Below, one piece after another: positions 37,978 to 38,498 of a DNA stretch of 38,498 bases. The notes beneath the pieces were generated by a model. The model had not been told where the DNA came from. It worked only from the letters and a program-made list of their open reading frames with translations, and made no database searches. Location: the sequence record DRR723986_9092; one strand, given 5' to 3'. The translations under genes and the position numbers were made by a program. How positions within the stretch are numbered: position 1 is the first letter of the stretch; every line of letters starts with the position of its first letter.

Positions 37978-38012
37978 AAAAGGGGCCGCCGGATTTCCGG
38001 CGGCCCCTTTTT
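37978..38012. terminator. Intrinsic terminator after the second MCP gene, bidirectional shape
   Basis: AAAAGGGGCCGCCGG-attt-CCGGCGGCCCCTTTTT perfect stem with A and T flanks. Confidence 0.88.
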
Positions 38013-38029
38013 CATCATGCAGACTTACT

Positions 38030-38498
38030 TCAGGCCGAACGAACCTGCGCAAGGAAGCTGCGCACTTCGTGATCCAGTTCTTCAGCTTTCGATGCCATGT
38101 CCGCTGCTTCTTCGGAGAAGTTCTGTGCAGCCATGTTGGTATCGTTCGACAGAGAAGAAACGTTGCGGATGTCCTCGGTAACTTTGGAGGTTCCACCTGC
38201 GGCCCGTTGAGTGTTCTCTGCAATGCCCTGCGTCGCATAGCTCTGCTCGGTAACGGCTGCAGCAACTTCGCTCACCGACTTTGTAATCTCGTCGATGGTC
38301 TTCTGGATGTCGCCGATGGCATCAACCGCATCGTCGGTCGCCCCGCGGATGGCATCGATCTGCTGCTGGATTTCGCCGGTTGCCTTGCCGGTCTGGGACG
38401 CAAGATCCTTGACCTCGGAGGCAACCACCGCGAAGCCCTTGCCGGCTTCACCGGCGCGTGCGGCTTCAATGGTGGCGTTGAGGGCCAGAAGGTTGGTC
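38030..38498 (-). CDS. Methyl-accepting chemotaxis protein, C-terminal part (truncated by window edge)
   Basis: [36 protein letters not shown] signalling domain, reading from the window end to the stop at 38030. Confidence 0.93.
   Translation of the reverse strand, partial: TNLLALNATIEAARAGEAGKGFAVVASEVKDLASQTGKATGEIQQQIDAIRGATDDAVDAIGDIQKTIDEITKSVSEVAAAVTEQSYATQGIAENTQRAAGGTSKVTEDIRNVSSLSNDTNMAAQNFSEEAADMASKAEELDHEVRSFLAQVRSA

Overview
GC-rich alphaproteobacterial chromosome segment. The gene set and style suggest Hyphomicrobiales, possibly Roseibium/Labrenzia; this is inference only. The housekeeping backbone is a partial tRNA-Leu, lipB, acyP, pccA/pccB, ATP12, a HAD hydrolase, rluC, crcB, rarA and a DegP/DegQ protease. 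Several accessory blocks interrupt it: an amino-acid-type dCache chemoreceptor; the sqdBDC sulfolipid operon; an FMN riboswitch with ribN; a PAS-GGDEF cyclase; three small secreted Cys-containing proteins between pccB and pccA (two are tandem paralogs); a signal-less OmpA-domain protein with an unrecognised C-terminal domain; the four-gene Anbu operon followed by mgtE; a DUF2778/Tlde1 islet that includes an unlisted 56-aa membrane protein; and, between rarA and crcB, an adenylate cyclase, a patatin/DUF3376 lipase and three tandem diverged sterol-desaturase-family genes. The last block is the best candidate for an uncharacterised system. I saw no mobile element, CRISPR array or rRNA. Several start codons were moved from the ORF track using RBS position and family N-termini. 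All family assignments come from motif recognition, not database searches.
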